Notes: generated by a model not told the origin, from the letters alone. DNA of 64,000 nt from Anaeromyxobacteraceae bacterium (GCA_047602405.1 JASGHJ010000002.1:1152001-1216000); one strand, 5' to 3'; positions 47,667 to 59,669 are shown, numbered from the stretch's first letter. Made by a program: numbers and translations.

Positions 47667-48773
47667 CTACTTCCCCGTCCCGAGGAACGTCTTGATGGAG
47701 GCGTAGATCGCGTCCTTGTCGGCGATCTCCGAGAGCGCCACGTTCTCCTTCGCGCCGAGGGCCTCCTTGAGGTCCTTGATGAACTGGCCCGAGCCGTACG
47801 GGCTCTCCACCTGGCCGTAGGAGAAGAGGTTCACCGCCGGCAGGATCCTGTCGCGGAGGAGCTCGACGCAGACCCGGGTGTCGTCGGCGCTCCAGTTGTC
47901 GCCGTCGGAGAAGTGGAACGGGTACACGTTCCAGCTCGTGGGCGCGTAGTCGGTCTCGATCATGTCGAGCGCGAGCTTGTAGGCGGAGCTGATCATCGTG
48001 CCGCCGGACTCGCGGGTGTGGAAGAACGTGTCGCGGTCGACCTCGCGCGCGACGGCGTCGTGGATGATGTAGCGGGTCTCGAGCCCCTTGTAGTGGCGGC
48101 GCAGCCAGGTGTCGATCCAGAAGGACTCGATCCGGACGATCTCCTTCTGCTCGTCGCCCATCGAGCCGGACACGTCCATCATGTAGATGACGACCGCGTT
48201 GGTCTCCGGGAGCGGGACCTGCTTCCAGGTGCGGTAGCGGCGGTCCTCGCGCATCGGCACGATGACCGGCACCTTCCAGTTGTAGCTGCCGCTCGCGATC
48301 TGGCGGCGCAGGGCCTGCTTGTAGGTGCGCTTGAAGTGGCGGAGCGACTCGGGCCCCTGCGGCGCGATGCCGGTGTAGCGGACGCGGCTCGCGACGATGC
48401 GGTCCTTGCCGCGCGGCTGGATCCGGGGGAGGGCGAGCTCCTCGCCGAGGATGTCGGCGAGCTCGTCGAGGGAGACGTCCACCTCGAGCAGGTGCTGGCC
48501 CTCGCCCTGGCCGGCCTGCCCGCTGCCGGGCTCGCCGTCGCCGGGCGAGAGCGGATCGCCGGGATCCCCCTCGCCCTGGCCCACGCCGCCCTGCGACTTC
48601 TCGCCGAACCGGAAGTGCGGGATGTCGATGGTCGGGACGGGGATGGTGACGAAGTCCTTCCCCTTCTTCCCGATCAGCTCCCCCTTCTGCACGTACTTCT
48701 TGAGGTTGCTCTTGATCCGGCCGCGGACGATGTCGCGGAAGCGGGCGTGGTCCTGTTTGATCTTGAGGGACAT
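47667..48773 (-). CDS. yeaH: YeaH/YhbH (DUF444) family protein
   Basis: [29 protein letters not shown]; lies between prkA and spoVR. Confidence 0.93.
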   Translation of the reverse strand: MSLKIKQDHARFRDIVRGRIKSNLKKYVQKGELIGKKGKDFVTIPVPTIDIPHFRFGEKSQGGVGQGEGDPGDPLSPGDGEPGSGQAGQGEGQHLLEVDVSLDELADILGEELALPRIQPRGKDRIVASRVRYTGIAPQGPESLRHFKRTYKQALRRQIASGSYNWKVPVIVPMREDRRYRTWKQVPLPETNAVVIYMMDVSGSMGDEQKEIVRIESFWIDTWLRRHYKGLETRYIIHDAVAREVDRDTFFHTRESGGTMISSAYKLALDMIETDYAPTSWNVYPFHFSDGDNWSADDTRVCVELLRDRILPAVNLFSYGQVESPYGSGQFIKDLKEALGAKENVALSEIADKDAIYASIKTFLGTGK

Positions 48774-48776
48774 TCC

Positions 48777-50846
<2,070 letters not shown>

Positions 50847-51042
50847 CTCATGTCCCTCGGGGCGCGCCAGGCGGCAGGCGCATGGAGGAGCATAAGGTTC
50901 TCCCCGCGGCGGCGCAGAGCGCCAGCGTCCCGCCGGGGTCCCCGAAGGGTGGCTCGAAAACACCACACCTCGCGGCGCGGCGCTCGCTGCCGCCCGGCGC
51001 GGGTGCCCGGACTCCTGGCATCCGGGCCGGTCGAACGGGCCG

Positions 51043-52095
51043 TCAGCGGGTCGGCTTCGCGCGCCTGAAGAACTCGACCTGCCAGGTCCGCACCGCCGCG
51101 GCGTGGCACGCGAGGTCGGGGCAGAACACGTGCGAGCCGTCGTTCCGGGAGACGAAGTACAGGTCCTTGCACGCGATCGGCGCGAGCGCGGCCGTGAGCG
51201 CCGCGGCGCCGGGGCTCGCGATCGGCCCGGGGGGCAACCCCGCGGTCGTGTAGGTGTTGTACGGGTGGGCCGCTGCGAGGTCGGCCTTCGTGATGTTCCT
51301 CGACCAGCGGCCCGTGCGGAGCATCGCCGCGTACATCACCGTGGGGTCGGTCTGCAGCCGCATCCCGAGCCGCAGCCGGTTGTGGAACACGCACGAGATC
51401 CGCGGCCGCTCGTCGGGGCGCCCCGTCTCCTTCTCCACGATGGAGGCGAGCGTCACCGCCTGCCCGAGGTCGAGCTTCACGCCGGGGGCGCGCCCCGCGT
51501 TCGCCTTCTCCCACTCGGCCTTGAAGCGCTCGACCATGCCCTCGGCGATGCCGCGCGCCGACACGCCGCGCGCGAAGGAGTAGGTGTCGGGGAAGAGGAA
51601 GCCCTCGAGCGTGGGGTAGGGGAGGCCGAGCGACCGGGCGAGCGCCGGGTCGCGCGCCGCCGCCAGGAAGTCCCCGGCGGAGGCGAGCCCGCTCCGCTCG
51701 ACGATGGGCGCGATCTCGTCCGCGCGGAGCCCTTCCGGCACGGTGAAGTGGTGGAGCTTCACCTCGCCGCGGTAGAGCCGCTCGAAGACGTCGTCGGGGC
51801 GCAGCGGGCCCGAGAAGGCGTACTCGCCCGCGCGGAAGCCGCGCGGGTCGCGCTTCACGAAGCGCAGGTAGCGCCAGGCGGTCTCCTCGTCGACGAGGAC
51901 GCCGCCCTGGGCGAGGAGGCGCACGGTCGCGCGGCCGCTCGCGCCGGGAGGCACGACCACGACCTTCTCGTCGGGCCCGCCGTACGGCGTCTCGCGGAAC
52001 GCCTCGAGCGTGCGCCACGCGAGGAACGCCGCGGCGCCCGCCGCGAGCGCGGCGAGGAGGGCGAGCACGAACACGATCTTCAGGAAGCGCTTCAA
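51043..52095 (-). CDS. mltG: Endolytic transglycosylase MltG
   Basis: [43 protein letters not shown]. Confidence 0.95.
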   Translation of the reverse strand: MKRFLKIVFVLALLAALAAGAAAFLAWRTLEAFRETPYGGPDEKVVVVPPGASGRATVRLLAQGGVLVDEETAWRYLRFVKRDPRGFRAGEYAFSGPLRPDDVFERLYRGEVKLHHFTVPEGLRADEIAPIVERSGLASAGDFLAAARDPALARSLGLPYPTLEGFLFPDTYSFARGVSARGIAEGMVERFKAEWEKANAGRAPGVKLDLGQAVTLASIVEKETGRPDERPRISCVFHNRLRLGMRLQTDPTVMYAAMLRTGRWSRNITKADLAAAHPYNTYTTAGLPPGPIASPGAAALTAALAPIACKDLYFVSRNDGSHVFCPDLACHAAAVRTWQVEFFRRAKPTR

Positions 52096-52535
52096 GGGTC
52101 CTGGCCTCCGTCGCCGGGTTCGCCGGGGCGCGGGCCGGCGTCGAGCCAGCCCTGCAGGATCACCGCCGCGGCCTCGGCGTCCACCCTCTCACGGATCGTG
52201 CGCCCGGGCACGCCCTGCCCGCGCAGGCGCTGCTCGGCCTCGAACGTCGAGAGCCGCTCGTCGAAGAGCACGGCCGCGAGCCCCGCCGCCTCGAGGCGCG
52301 CGGCGAAGGCGCGGGCGTGGCGCGCCGCGGGCCCCTCGGTGCCGTCCATGTTGAGCGGCAGGCCGACGACCGCGCGGGTCACCTCCCATTCGCGCGCGAG
52401 CGCGACGATGCGGGCGACGTCGGCCTCGGCGGAGACGTGGCGCACGGTCTCGAGGGGGCGCGCGGTGCGCAGGACCTCGTCCGCGAGGGCGAGGCCGATG
52501 CGGGCCTTGCCGAGGTCGACACCGAGGGTGCGCAT
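52092..52535 (-). CDS. ruvX: YqgF/RuvX RNase H-like nuclease
   Basis: LGVDLGKARIGLA, VVGLPLNMDG, DERLST, DAEAAAVILQ. Confidence 0.95.
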   Translation of the reverse strand: MRTLGVDLGKARIGLALADEVLRTARPLETVRHVSAEADVARIVALAREWEVTRAVVGLPLNMDGTEGPAARHARAFAARLEAAGLAAVLFDERLSTFEAEQRLRGQGVPGRTIRERVDAEAAAVILQGWLDAGPRPGEPGDGGQDP

Positions 52536-52664
52536 CGGGGTCGGAATCTAGGCCGCGCCCGGCGGGCGGTCAAACCGGCCGCGCGGCGGACCGTCGGCCG
52601 AGGCGCGGACCTGCGGCCACGCGGGGGCCGCGCGCAAGCGGCCGGGATCACGGGAGGTGCTCGC

Positions 52665-52680
52665 TGGCACGGCGCTCGAA
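52665..52680 (+). promoter_or_regulatory. Possible sigma54 promoter
   Basis: TGGCACG-N4-TCGAA: perfect -24 element, variant -12 (GA instead of GC), ~55 bp upstream of ATG 52736. Confidence 0.45.
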
Positions 52681-52735
52681 TTGTGGGCGAGCACGGGCCC
52701 GCGGGCCCGCGACCTCGAGAAAGGACCCCGGCCCC

Positions 52736-53701
52736 ATGAGCACGTCGATCCCCCTCTCCCTCGTCACCCAGACCGCCTCGCCGCCCGGCGCGCTCGCCGC
52801 GGCGGAGACCTGCGGCGGAGTCTCCGCCCACGCCGCCCGGAAGCGGCCGCCGAGGCCGGCGCCGTCGGGTCCCGGGGCGGCGCTCGACGCCTTCGTGAAG
52901 GCGGTCGCGCCGGACCTGTACGCGGCCGGAGGGAGCTTCGTGGCGTCGCAGGCGCGGGCGGCGCTCGGGCCCACCGGGCTCGGCGCCGGGGCCCCGGCGG
53001 TGGCCACCTCGACCACGACGTCCACGACGAGCACGCGCAAGACCACCGCCAGCGGCGCAGCGCTGCCGAGGGAGCTCGCGTTCCTGAACGACCCGAAGCT
53101 CTCGATCCAGGACAAGGTCTTCCGGCTCCTGCTCTGGATCCAGCAGAAGTACGATCGCGACGTCGAGGCGAAGATGAAGGAGCTCGGCGGCGCGTCGAAG
53201 TCGAGCGCCTCGTCCTCCTCGGGCGGCACGAGGCCGGCCGCGAAGCCAAAGAAGAAGGGCCTCCTCTCGAAGGTGACCCGGTTCGCCGAGGCCGCGTTCC
53301 CGATGGTCGGGCTCTCGATGGAGATGCTGCGCAGCCCCCAGGGGCGCAAGGCGCTCGAGCAGATCTCCGGGCCGCTCCTCGGCGCGGCCGCGGTCGCGCT
53401 CGGCGCGCCCCAGCTCGCGCCGGTGGCGGCGAAGCTCGGGCCCTCGCTCGTGGCCGGCCTCGCCGACGCCCAGGACGCGCTGCTCGGGGAGGCGCCGGTG
53501 AAGCGCAGGGCGAGCTCCGGCGGCTCCGGGAGCTCGGGCGGCTCGAGCACGTCGGCGACGACGGGCTCGAAGGACGAGAAGACGCTCGCGATGGAGCTCG
53601 AGTACCTGCTCGAGCGGCAGAAGTTCGCGACCTCGCTCCTCTCGAACTGCATGCGGTCGATGCACGAGACCTCGATGTCGGTGGTCAACAACATCCGCTG
53701 A
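52736..53701 (+). CDS. Hypothetical protein with T3SS needle/filament-like C-terminal helix
   Basis: No Sec signal; low-complexity Ser/Thr/Gly linkers; ends LLSNCMRSMHETSMSVVNNIR. Confidence 0.65.
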   Translation: MSTSIPLSLVTQTASPPGALAAAETCGGVSAHAARKRPPRPAPSGPGAALDAFVKAVAPDLYAAGGSFVASQARAALGPTGLGAGAPAVATSTTTSTTSTRKTTASGAALPRELAFLNDPKLSIQDKVFRLLLWIQQKYDRDVEAKMKELGGASKSSASSSSGGTRPAAKPKKKGLLSKVTRFAEAAFPMVGLSMEMLRSPQGRKALEQISGPLLGAAAVALGAPQLAPVAAKLGPSLVAGLADAQDALLGEAPVKRRASSGGSGSSGGSSTSATTGSKDEKTLAMELEYLLERQKFATSLLSNCMRSMHETSMSVVNNIR

Positions 53702-53709
53702 GGCGCGCC

Positions 53710-54153
53710 ATGGACCCGACGAAGCCGACGCGCCCCGAGGCCCTCGCCTACGACCCCACCGTCCACGGCCTGCCGCCCGAGGTGGGCGACGCCATCGCCG
53801 CCCTCGCCGAGGCGGAGCTCGCCGCCGGCCGCCTGGAGACCGCGCGGGCGCTCCTCGAGGGGCTCGTCGTGACGAGCCCGGAGGATCCCGGAGGCTGGGC
53901 GCTCCTCTCCCGCACGCACCGCCGCCTGGGGCAGCCCCTCGCCGCCCGGTTCTGCGCCGAGGTCGCCCTGAAGCTCGACCCGGCGTCCGGCGAGGCCGGG
54001 CTCGCCCGGGCCGAGAGCCTCCTCGCGCTCCCGGACGCGCGCGAGGAGGGGGCCCGCGCGCTCGAGGCGCTCCGGGCGCACCCGACCGCGGGTCCGCGGG
54101 CCTGCGCGCTCCTGGGCGCCCTGAGCGGGGCGGCCGGCGGGCTCGCCGGGTGA
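53710..54153 (+). CDS. Small TPR protein, SycD/LcrH chaperone-like
   Basis: GRLETARALLEGLVVTSPEDPGGWALL...ALKLDP...LARAESLL; 147 aa; begins 8 bp after the preceding gene. Confidence 0.65.
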   Translation: MDPTKPTRPEALAYDPTVHGLPPEVGDAIAALAEAELAAGRLETARALLEGLVVTSPEDPGGWALLSRTHRRLGQPLAARFCAEVALKLDPASGEAGLARAESLLALPDAREEGARALEALRAHPTAGPRACALLGALSGAAGGLAG

Positions 54154-54210
54154 GGTTTTCAGGCTTCTAGAATTGGCGTCTGAGCCGGAATCCCCAGCGA
54201 CAGACGGCGC

Positions 54211-54240
54211 TTGACGGTTTCAGCCTCGTTCGGGGATAGT
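54211..54240 (+). promoter_or_regulatory. Probable sigma70 promoter of the csp gene
   Basis: TTGACG-N18-GATAGT, ~105 bp before the ATG (long 5' UTR typical of csp genes). Confidence 0.55.
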
Positions 54241-54344
54241 TCGCGCCCAGGCCGCGTCCCAGAAGGCACGGCCGGGCGGACCGGCGGTCGGTGCGCCCTA
54301 CTGCATCACGCTCGACAGAGCTCGACAGCAAGGACTCGAAGCGT

Positions 54345-54545
54345 ATGGCGACCGGCACCGTGAAGTGGTTCAACGACGCGAAGGGCTACGGCTTCATCTC
54401 CCAGGAGGGTGGCGAGGACGTGTTCGTCCACCACACCGCCATCCAGATGGACGGCTTCCGCACGCTCAAGGAGGGCGAGCGGGTCGAGTTCGAGGTCACC
54501 CAGGGCCCGAAGGGGCTCCAGGCGGCCAACGTCCGCAAGCCGTAG
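54345..54545 (+). CDS. Cold-shock protein (CspA family)
   Basis: [31 protein letters not shown]. Confidence 0.97.
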   Translation: MATGTVKWFNDAKGYGFISQEGGEDVFVHHTAIQMDGFRTLKEGERVEFEVTQGPKGLQAANVRKP

Positions 54546-54563
54546 CGGCAGGCGTCGATGACG

Positions 54564-54594
54564 GCGGCCCCGGGAGACCGGGGCCGCTTCGTTT
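54564..54594 (+). terminator. Intrinsic terminator of the csp gene
   Basis: GCGGCCCCGG-GAGA-CCGGGGCCGC followed by TTCGTTT. Confidence 0.8.
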
Positions 54595-54652
54595 CAGGAG
54601 CACGTTCGTTTCAGGAGCACGTGACGCGGTCCCACGAGAGAGGAGCGGCGGC

Positions 54653-55771
54653 CTGAGCACGTCCCCCACCGCCGCACCCCGGAAGCTGTGGCTCGACTGG
54701 CAGCGCGGCCTCGCCGTGCTGTTCATGATCCAGTGGCACGTCCTCGACTGGTGGCGCGCGCCGGGCTCGGAGCAGGGCGCCTGGCTCCCCACGTTCGAGG
54801 CGCTCCGCTACGTCGGCGGCTTCGCCGCGCCCGGCTTCATGTACATGGCCGGCCTCTCCCAGGCGCTCGCCGACGCCGCCCTCGAGCGCAAGGGCGTCGC
54901 GCCCGCCGAGCGCCGCCGCCGCGCGCTCGGCCGTGCGCTGTGGGTGCTCGGGGTCTCCTACGGCATCCGGTTCGTCCTGTTCGTGCTCTCCTGGTGGAAG
55001 GACGGCGCGTTCGACGAGCTCTTCAAGGTCGACGTCCTCGACGTCATCGCCGTGGGCCTCGCCGCCTCGGCGGTGCTCTCGGTCGGCCGCGGCCGCCTCG
55101 CCGGCCCGCTCCTCGCCGCGGCCGGCGCCGCCGTGGTGGTCTTCACCACCCCGCTCGTCGCCGGGGCGCTCTCCCACCTCGACGCCGCCGGCGGCCCCTG
55201 GCGTGCGCCGAACAAGCTCGTCGACGTCCTGCTCGCGTTCGCGTGGGGGAAGCCCCCGCGCTCGATCTTCTGCTCCTTCAACTGGATCGCCTTCGTCCTC
55301 GCCGGCGCCGCCGTCGGGCCGCTCGCCCGCGGCCCGCGCCGCCCGCTCGCGTGGCTCGCGCTCGCCGCGGCCGCCTACGGCCTGGGCTCCTGGTCGAACC
55401 AGTGGCCGCCCGTCTACGCGTTCCAGAACTTCTGGCGCGCGTCGCCCTCCTGGTTCCTCATGCGCCTCGGCTACGCGCTCGCGATCTCCGGCGCGCTCCA
55501 GCTCCTCCCCGACCTCCTCGACCGCCCGACCCGCTGGCTCACGCTCCTCGGGCGCCAGTCGCTCGTCGCCTACGTCGCCTCGGTCCAGCTCACCTACGGC
55601 GCGGTCGCGAACGTCGTGAAGCGATCGCTCTCGTTCCCGGCGACGCTCGCCGGCGTCGTGGCGATGACGGCGCTCACCTGGGCGATCTGCATGGGCTGGG
55701 AGCGCCTGCAGGCGTGGCGGAAGGGCAGGCCGCGCCCGTCCGCGCCGCCGTCCGCCGCGACCGCGGCGTGA
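54653..55771 (+). CDS. DUF1624 / HGSNAT-like membrane acyltransferase
   Basis: LDWQRGLAVLFMIQWH, AAPGF, VDVLDVIA, LGRQSLVAYV; start uncertain (CTG at 54653 after GAGGAG). Confidence 0.8.
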   Translation: MSTSPTAAPRKLWLDWQRGLAVLFMIQWHVLDWWRAPGSEQGAWLPTFEALRYVGGFAAPGFMYMAGLSQALADAALERKGVAPAERRRRALGRALWVLGVSYGIRFVLFVLSWWKDGAFDELFKVDVLDVIAVGLAASAVLSVGRGRLAGPLLAAAGAAVVVFTTPLVAGALSHLDAAGGPWRAPNKLVDVLLAFAWGKPPRSIFCSFNWIAFVLAGAAVGPLARGPRRPLAWLALAAAAYGLGSWSNQWPPVYAFQNFWRASPSWFLMRLGYALAISGALQLLPDLLDRPTRWLTLLGRQSLVAYVASVQLTYGAVANVVKRSLSFPATLAGVVAMTALTWAICMGWERLQAWRKGRPRPSAPPSAATAA

Positions 55772-55792
55772 TCACCGAACGGGTTCCGAGGA

Positions 55793-56037
55793 CGGCCGGC
55801 TCGCCGGGCCTCTCCGCACCGCTTGGCCTTGGGCAAAGGCCCGCCGCGTCGGGGATCCTGGGGGCGGAGGAGAGCCGCTGGTGACCCGCGGCGCGTCCAC
55901 GCATGCCAGGCGAGCGACCGTGGCCGTGAGGGATCGGGTTCAGCGGTTCGCCTGGCATGCTCCGCGCAGATCGCGGCGCCGTCTTTGGGCGGGCCTGCCG
56001 AAAGCCGGCGGTGCGGAGAGGCCCGGCGATCCGGCCG
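55793..56037 (+). ncRNA. Structured non-coding element, copy A (putative ncRNA or REPIN/MITE-like)
   Basis: Self-complementary ends; shares identical 58-, 35- and 12-nt blocks with inverted copy B; stems covary between copies. Confidence 0.55.
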
Positions 56038-56166
56038 CCTGCGATCGAGGCCGAACGGCGAAGGGCCGTTTCGGCGAGAGGGACGGGACTGGACCGGACG
56101 GACCGGACCCGCTCGTCTCGCGAGCTCCGCGAGTACAGCTCGCCTCACCCCATCTCCACGCCACGA

Positions 56167-56436
56167 GGACGCATCGCGGGGTCTCTCCGCACCGCCGGCT
56201 TTCGGCAGGCCCGCCCAGAATCGCAGCCGCGATCTGCACCAAGCGTGCAAGCCGAGGCGGCCAGCACCGCATCGCCTTCGTCGCCGCCCCGCGGCCATCC
56301 GCGACGCCCCTTCCGCCTCGGCTGGCACGCGTGGTGGTGCCGCGGCCCTCCCATCCGAGGCACCGCCCCCAGGATCCCCGACGCGGCGGGCCTTTGCCCA
56401 AGGCCAAGCGGTGCGGAGAGACCCCGCGAGGCGTCC
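56167..56436 (-). ncRNA. Structured non-coding element, copy B (inverted relative to A)
   Basis: 56363-56420 is the reverse complement of 55810-55867; 56183-56217 is the reverse complement of 55986-56020. Confidence 0.55.
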
Positions 56437-56529
56437 GCACGGACCCGCCACGAGACGCAAGACGGAAGACGCACGGAAGACGCAAGACGGACCCGCCGCA
56501 AGAAGCCGGCCCGTCGGCACCGCCACCCG

Positions 56530-58419
56530 CTACGGTCCCGACGCCGCCGGCTCGACCACCGGGGCCGGCGCGGGCGCCGCCACGAACGCGAGCGGCTCCG
56601 CGAGCGCCGCGATGAGCCCTTCGTCGCCGATGACCCCGTGCTGGGCCATGTGGAGCAGGATCTCCCCGACGCGCTGCTCGAGGTACGGCGTCGGCGCGCC
56701 CTGGGCGCGCACGGCGTCGGCGCGGACCGGGTTCGGGATCACCGCCGCGAGGAACGCCGCCTCCTTCACGGTGAGCGCGCGGGCGTCCTTCCCGAACCAG
56801 TGCCGCGCCGCCGGGCCGATGCCGAACACGCCCGGGCCCCACTCGGCGAGGTTCAGGTAGATCTCGAGGATCCGCGCCTTCGGCAGCGTGGCCTCGAGGG
56901 CGATCGCGCCGAGCGCCTCCCGGACCTTCCGCGCGAGGACCTTGTCGCGCGTGAGCCAGAGGTTCTTCGCGACCTGCTGGGTGATGGTGGAGCCGCCGCG
57001 CACGACCCGGCCCTGCTCGAGGCCGGCCTGGAGCGCGTTCGTGAGCTCGTCGAAGTCGAAGCCGGCGTGGCCGAAGAAGCCGGCGTCCTCGCTCGTCGTG
57101 ACCGCGCGGACGACGTGCTCGGGCAGCTCCGCGATGGGGACGTAGTCCGGGTTCTCCGGGCCGATCGTGAACGGCGCGCCGCCGTCCGGCGCGTACCGGA
57201 ACGGTGCCTTCAGCGCGACCGGCGGGGCCTTCCGCGCCGCGGCCCGCATGCGGGCGAGGTCGAGCCCCGCCTCCACGCGCCAGGTGCTTGGCTCCCGGAG
57301 CGCGCCCGAGAGCGCGAGCTCGGCGTCGAGGTCGCCGGGCGGGCGGGGCGCCTCGTCCGGCGGGCCGAGGCCGGGCGGCAGCGAGGCGGCGAACGCGGCG
57401 AACGCGACGTGGCGCGCGTCGAGCGCGAGCTCGAAGGGGAGGGCGCCTTCGAGCCGGACCTGCCCGGACAGCGCCGCCGCGAGCGCCGACCCGAGGGCGA
57501 GCTGCCCGCCGCGCCAGGAGAGCGTGCGGCTCGCGCGGTCCCAGGCGAGCTCGCCGGACGCGGCGAGGCGGAAGGGGCCGACCGGCGCGGGGTCGATCCG
57601 CGCCGCCTGCACGACGAGCCCGTCGACGCCCGCCGTCACGCTCCCGCTCGCGCGCGAGAGGTCGCGCGGGGCCGAGGCGTCGAGCACGATGGCGGCGGCG
57701 CCCGCGCGGACGTCGGCCGGGAGGTGGGCGCGCAGCGCCTCGCCGAGCGCGCCGGCGCGGAGCCCCTCCGCCCGGAGCGCGACGCGGAGCTCCCCGGCGG
57801 GCGCGCCGCCCGGGAGGCGGACCACGAGGGCGATCCGCCCCGCGTCCGGCAGGCGCGCCTCGGCCCGCACGAGGTCGGGCTCCGGCCAGGCGTCGAGGTC
57901 GAAGGGCCCGAGGTCGGCCGCGGCGCCGCCGAGCGGCACCGCGACGACGAGCCCGCGCACGTGCACGCGCGGCCAGGCGCGAGGCCGCGGGGCGGCCCCG
58001 GGCCGCGAGGGCGAGGCGGCGCGGCGGTCCGCGAGGGCGCGCAGCGCGGCGGGTCGGGTGGCGTCCACCCGGACGCCGTGCAGGCGCAGGGACGCGATCT
58101 CGAGGCGCCCGGCGAGGAGCGCGAGCGGGGCGGCGCGCAGGCGGAGCCGCTCGACCGTGACCGCCGGCGCCTCCGGGGTCCCGCCGAGCGCGAGCGGACC
58201 GGCGACGACGCGGAACAGCGGGTCGACCGCGACCGGCCCCAGCGCGACCTCGCCGACCCGGGCCCGGAGCGCGCGCTCGGCGCGGTCGCGCAGCGCCTCG
58301 CGCACGCCCGGCAGCCACGCTGCAACCTGCAGCGCGGCGTACACCCCGGCGAGCACCGCGAGCGCGAGGAGCGCCCTCCGGAGGCGCGCGGCGCGGGGTT
58401 TCGGGGGGCGGATCGCCAT
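56530..58419 (-). CDS. Monofunctional peptidoglycan transglycosylase (GT51) with long N-terminal extension
   Basis: SEDAGFFGHAGFD, RGGSTITQQVAKNL, RKVRE, KARILEIYLN, GIGPAA. Confidence 0.9.
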   Translation of the reverse strand: MAIRPPKPRAARLRRALLALAVLAGVYAALQVAAWLPGVREALRDRAERALRARVGEVALGPVAVDPLFRVVAGPLALGGTPEAPAVTVERLRLRAAPLALLAGRLEIASLRLHGVRVDATRPAALRALADRRAASPSRPGAAPRPRAWPRVHVRGLVVAVPLGGAAADLGPFDLDAWPEPDLVRAEARLPDAGRIALVVRLPGGAPAGELRVALRAEGLRAGALGEALRAHLPADVRAGAAAIVLDASAPRDLSRASGSVTAGVDGLVVQAARIDPAPVGPFRLAASGELAWDRASRTLSWRGGQLALGSALAAALSGQVRLEGALPFELALDARHVAFAAFAASLPPGLGPPDEAPRPPGDLDAELALSGALREPSTWRVEAGLDLARMRAAARKAPPVALKAPFRYAPDGGAPFTIGPENPDYVPIAELPEHVVRAVTTSEDAGFFGHAGFDFDELTNALQAGLEQGRVVRGGSTITQQVAKNLWLTRDKVLARKVREALGAIALEATLPKARILEIYLNLAEWGPGVFGIGPAARHWFGKDARALTVKEAAFLAAVIPNPVRADAVRAQGAPTPYLEQRVGEILLHMAQHGVIGDEGLIAALAEPLAFVAAPAPAPVVEPAASGP

Positions 58420-58535
58420 GAGAGCGGGCCTGTTTACAGCCGCTTGGACGCTCGATCAACCGGGCGGGTGGGACCCGTGTGACGGCGTATGCGTGAAGGA
58501 AGAGATCCCCGGGCAACCGGTTATATTCCCGGAGG

Positions 58536-59669
58536 ATGGACAGGACCGCGACGCCGATTCCCAGGCCCCGGCGCCGCCGCGATCACGTCGCGGCGCGCGT
58601 CGCGCTCGCGCTCCTCGTCTCGCTCCTCGCGAACGGCCTGCTCCTGTGGATCGCGGTCGTCACCGGCGCCTTCGACGTCGGCAAGCCCGTGAAGGTCTCG
58701 CAGGTCTCGCTCTCGCAGCTCTCCGCCTCCGACTGGGCGAAGAACCGGGGCGCCGCGGCGCCGCCGCCGGCCCCTCCGCCGCGGCTCGTGCCGGTCCCCG
58801 AGCCCACCCAGGACGGCGGCACGGTCGTGAAGCTCCCGCCCGGCGCCGACGGGAAGCCGCCGAAGGAGGCCCGCTTCCTCGCCGAGCGCGACCAGTCCGT
58901 CGAGCGGGAGACCGTCTCGCGCTACGCGACCGGCCACGACGGCCCCGTGCTCCCCGCGCCCCAGCTCGCCGGCAAGCCCGCCCCCCAGCCTCCGCCGAAG
59001 GGCGAGCAGCAGCCGGAGCGGAAGCCCGAGGACGCGAAGCCCCGGAAGGACGGCGCCAGGCCGCAACGCGAGCAGCTCGCGATGCTCGACCCCTCGCGCG
59101 AGGGGCTCGTGCCGCCGCCCGCCGAGGCGCGCCGACGCCAGGCCGGTGAGGCCGCTGGCGATCCGCGCAAGGCCTCCCCCGCGACGGAGCCCGACCTGAC
59201 CCCGCGCGCGCCCGGCCTCGGCAGCCTCGCGACCGGCGCGCCCAACGAGGACGGGATGGGGCAGGGGCTCGAGGAGGGCGACGTCACCGCCCTCAACACC
59301 CGCAAGTCCGAGGTCGCGAAGTACCTCAACTCGTTCGGCGACCGCATCGCGAGCTGGTGGCGCGGCCGCACCCGCGCCGCCATCGGCGAGCGCGATCCCG
59401 AGGCGCGGATCTTCTTCTACAAGGACCGCACGGCGGTGTTCCTGGTGCGGATCGAGTCGAGCGGGCAGCTCGCCGAGGTCCGGCTGCTGCAGTCGTCGAA
59501 CGTGGACTTCTTCGACCAGATCGCGCTCTCGGCCATCCGGCAGGCCGCGCCGTTCCCGCCGCCGCCCGCGAGCGTGCTCGACCGCACCGGCGAGTTCCGC
59601 TTCACGCAGGGTTTCACCGCGCAGGGCCCGCAGGCGCCGCGCGGCTGGGACTGGCGCCCGGGCCAGTAG
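58536..59669 (+). CDS. TonB C-terminal domain protein
   Basis: N-terminal TM, Pro-rich linker, IESSGQL...QSSNVDFFDQIALSAIRQAAPFPPPP. Confidence 0.85.
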   Translation: MDRTATPIPRPRRRRDHVAARVALALLVSLLANGLLLWIAVVTGAFDVGKPVKVSQVSLSQLSASDWAKNRGAAAPPPAPPPRLVPVPEPTQDGGTVVKLPPGADGKPPKEARFLAERDQSVERETVSRYATGHDGPVLPAPQLAGKPAPQPPPKGEQQPERKPEDAKPRKDGARPQREQLAMLDPSREGLVPPPAEARRRQAGEAAGDPRKASPATEPDLTPRAPGLGSLATGAPNEDGMGQGLEEGDVTALNTRKSEVAKYLNSFGDRIASWWRGRTRAAIGERDPEARIFFYKDRTAVFLVRIESSGQLAEVRLLQSSNVDFFDQIALSAIRQAAPFPPPPASVLDRTGEFRFTQGFTAQGPQAPRGWDWRPGQ

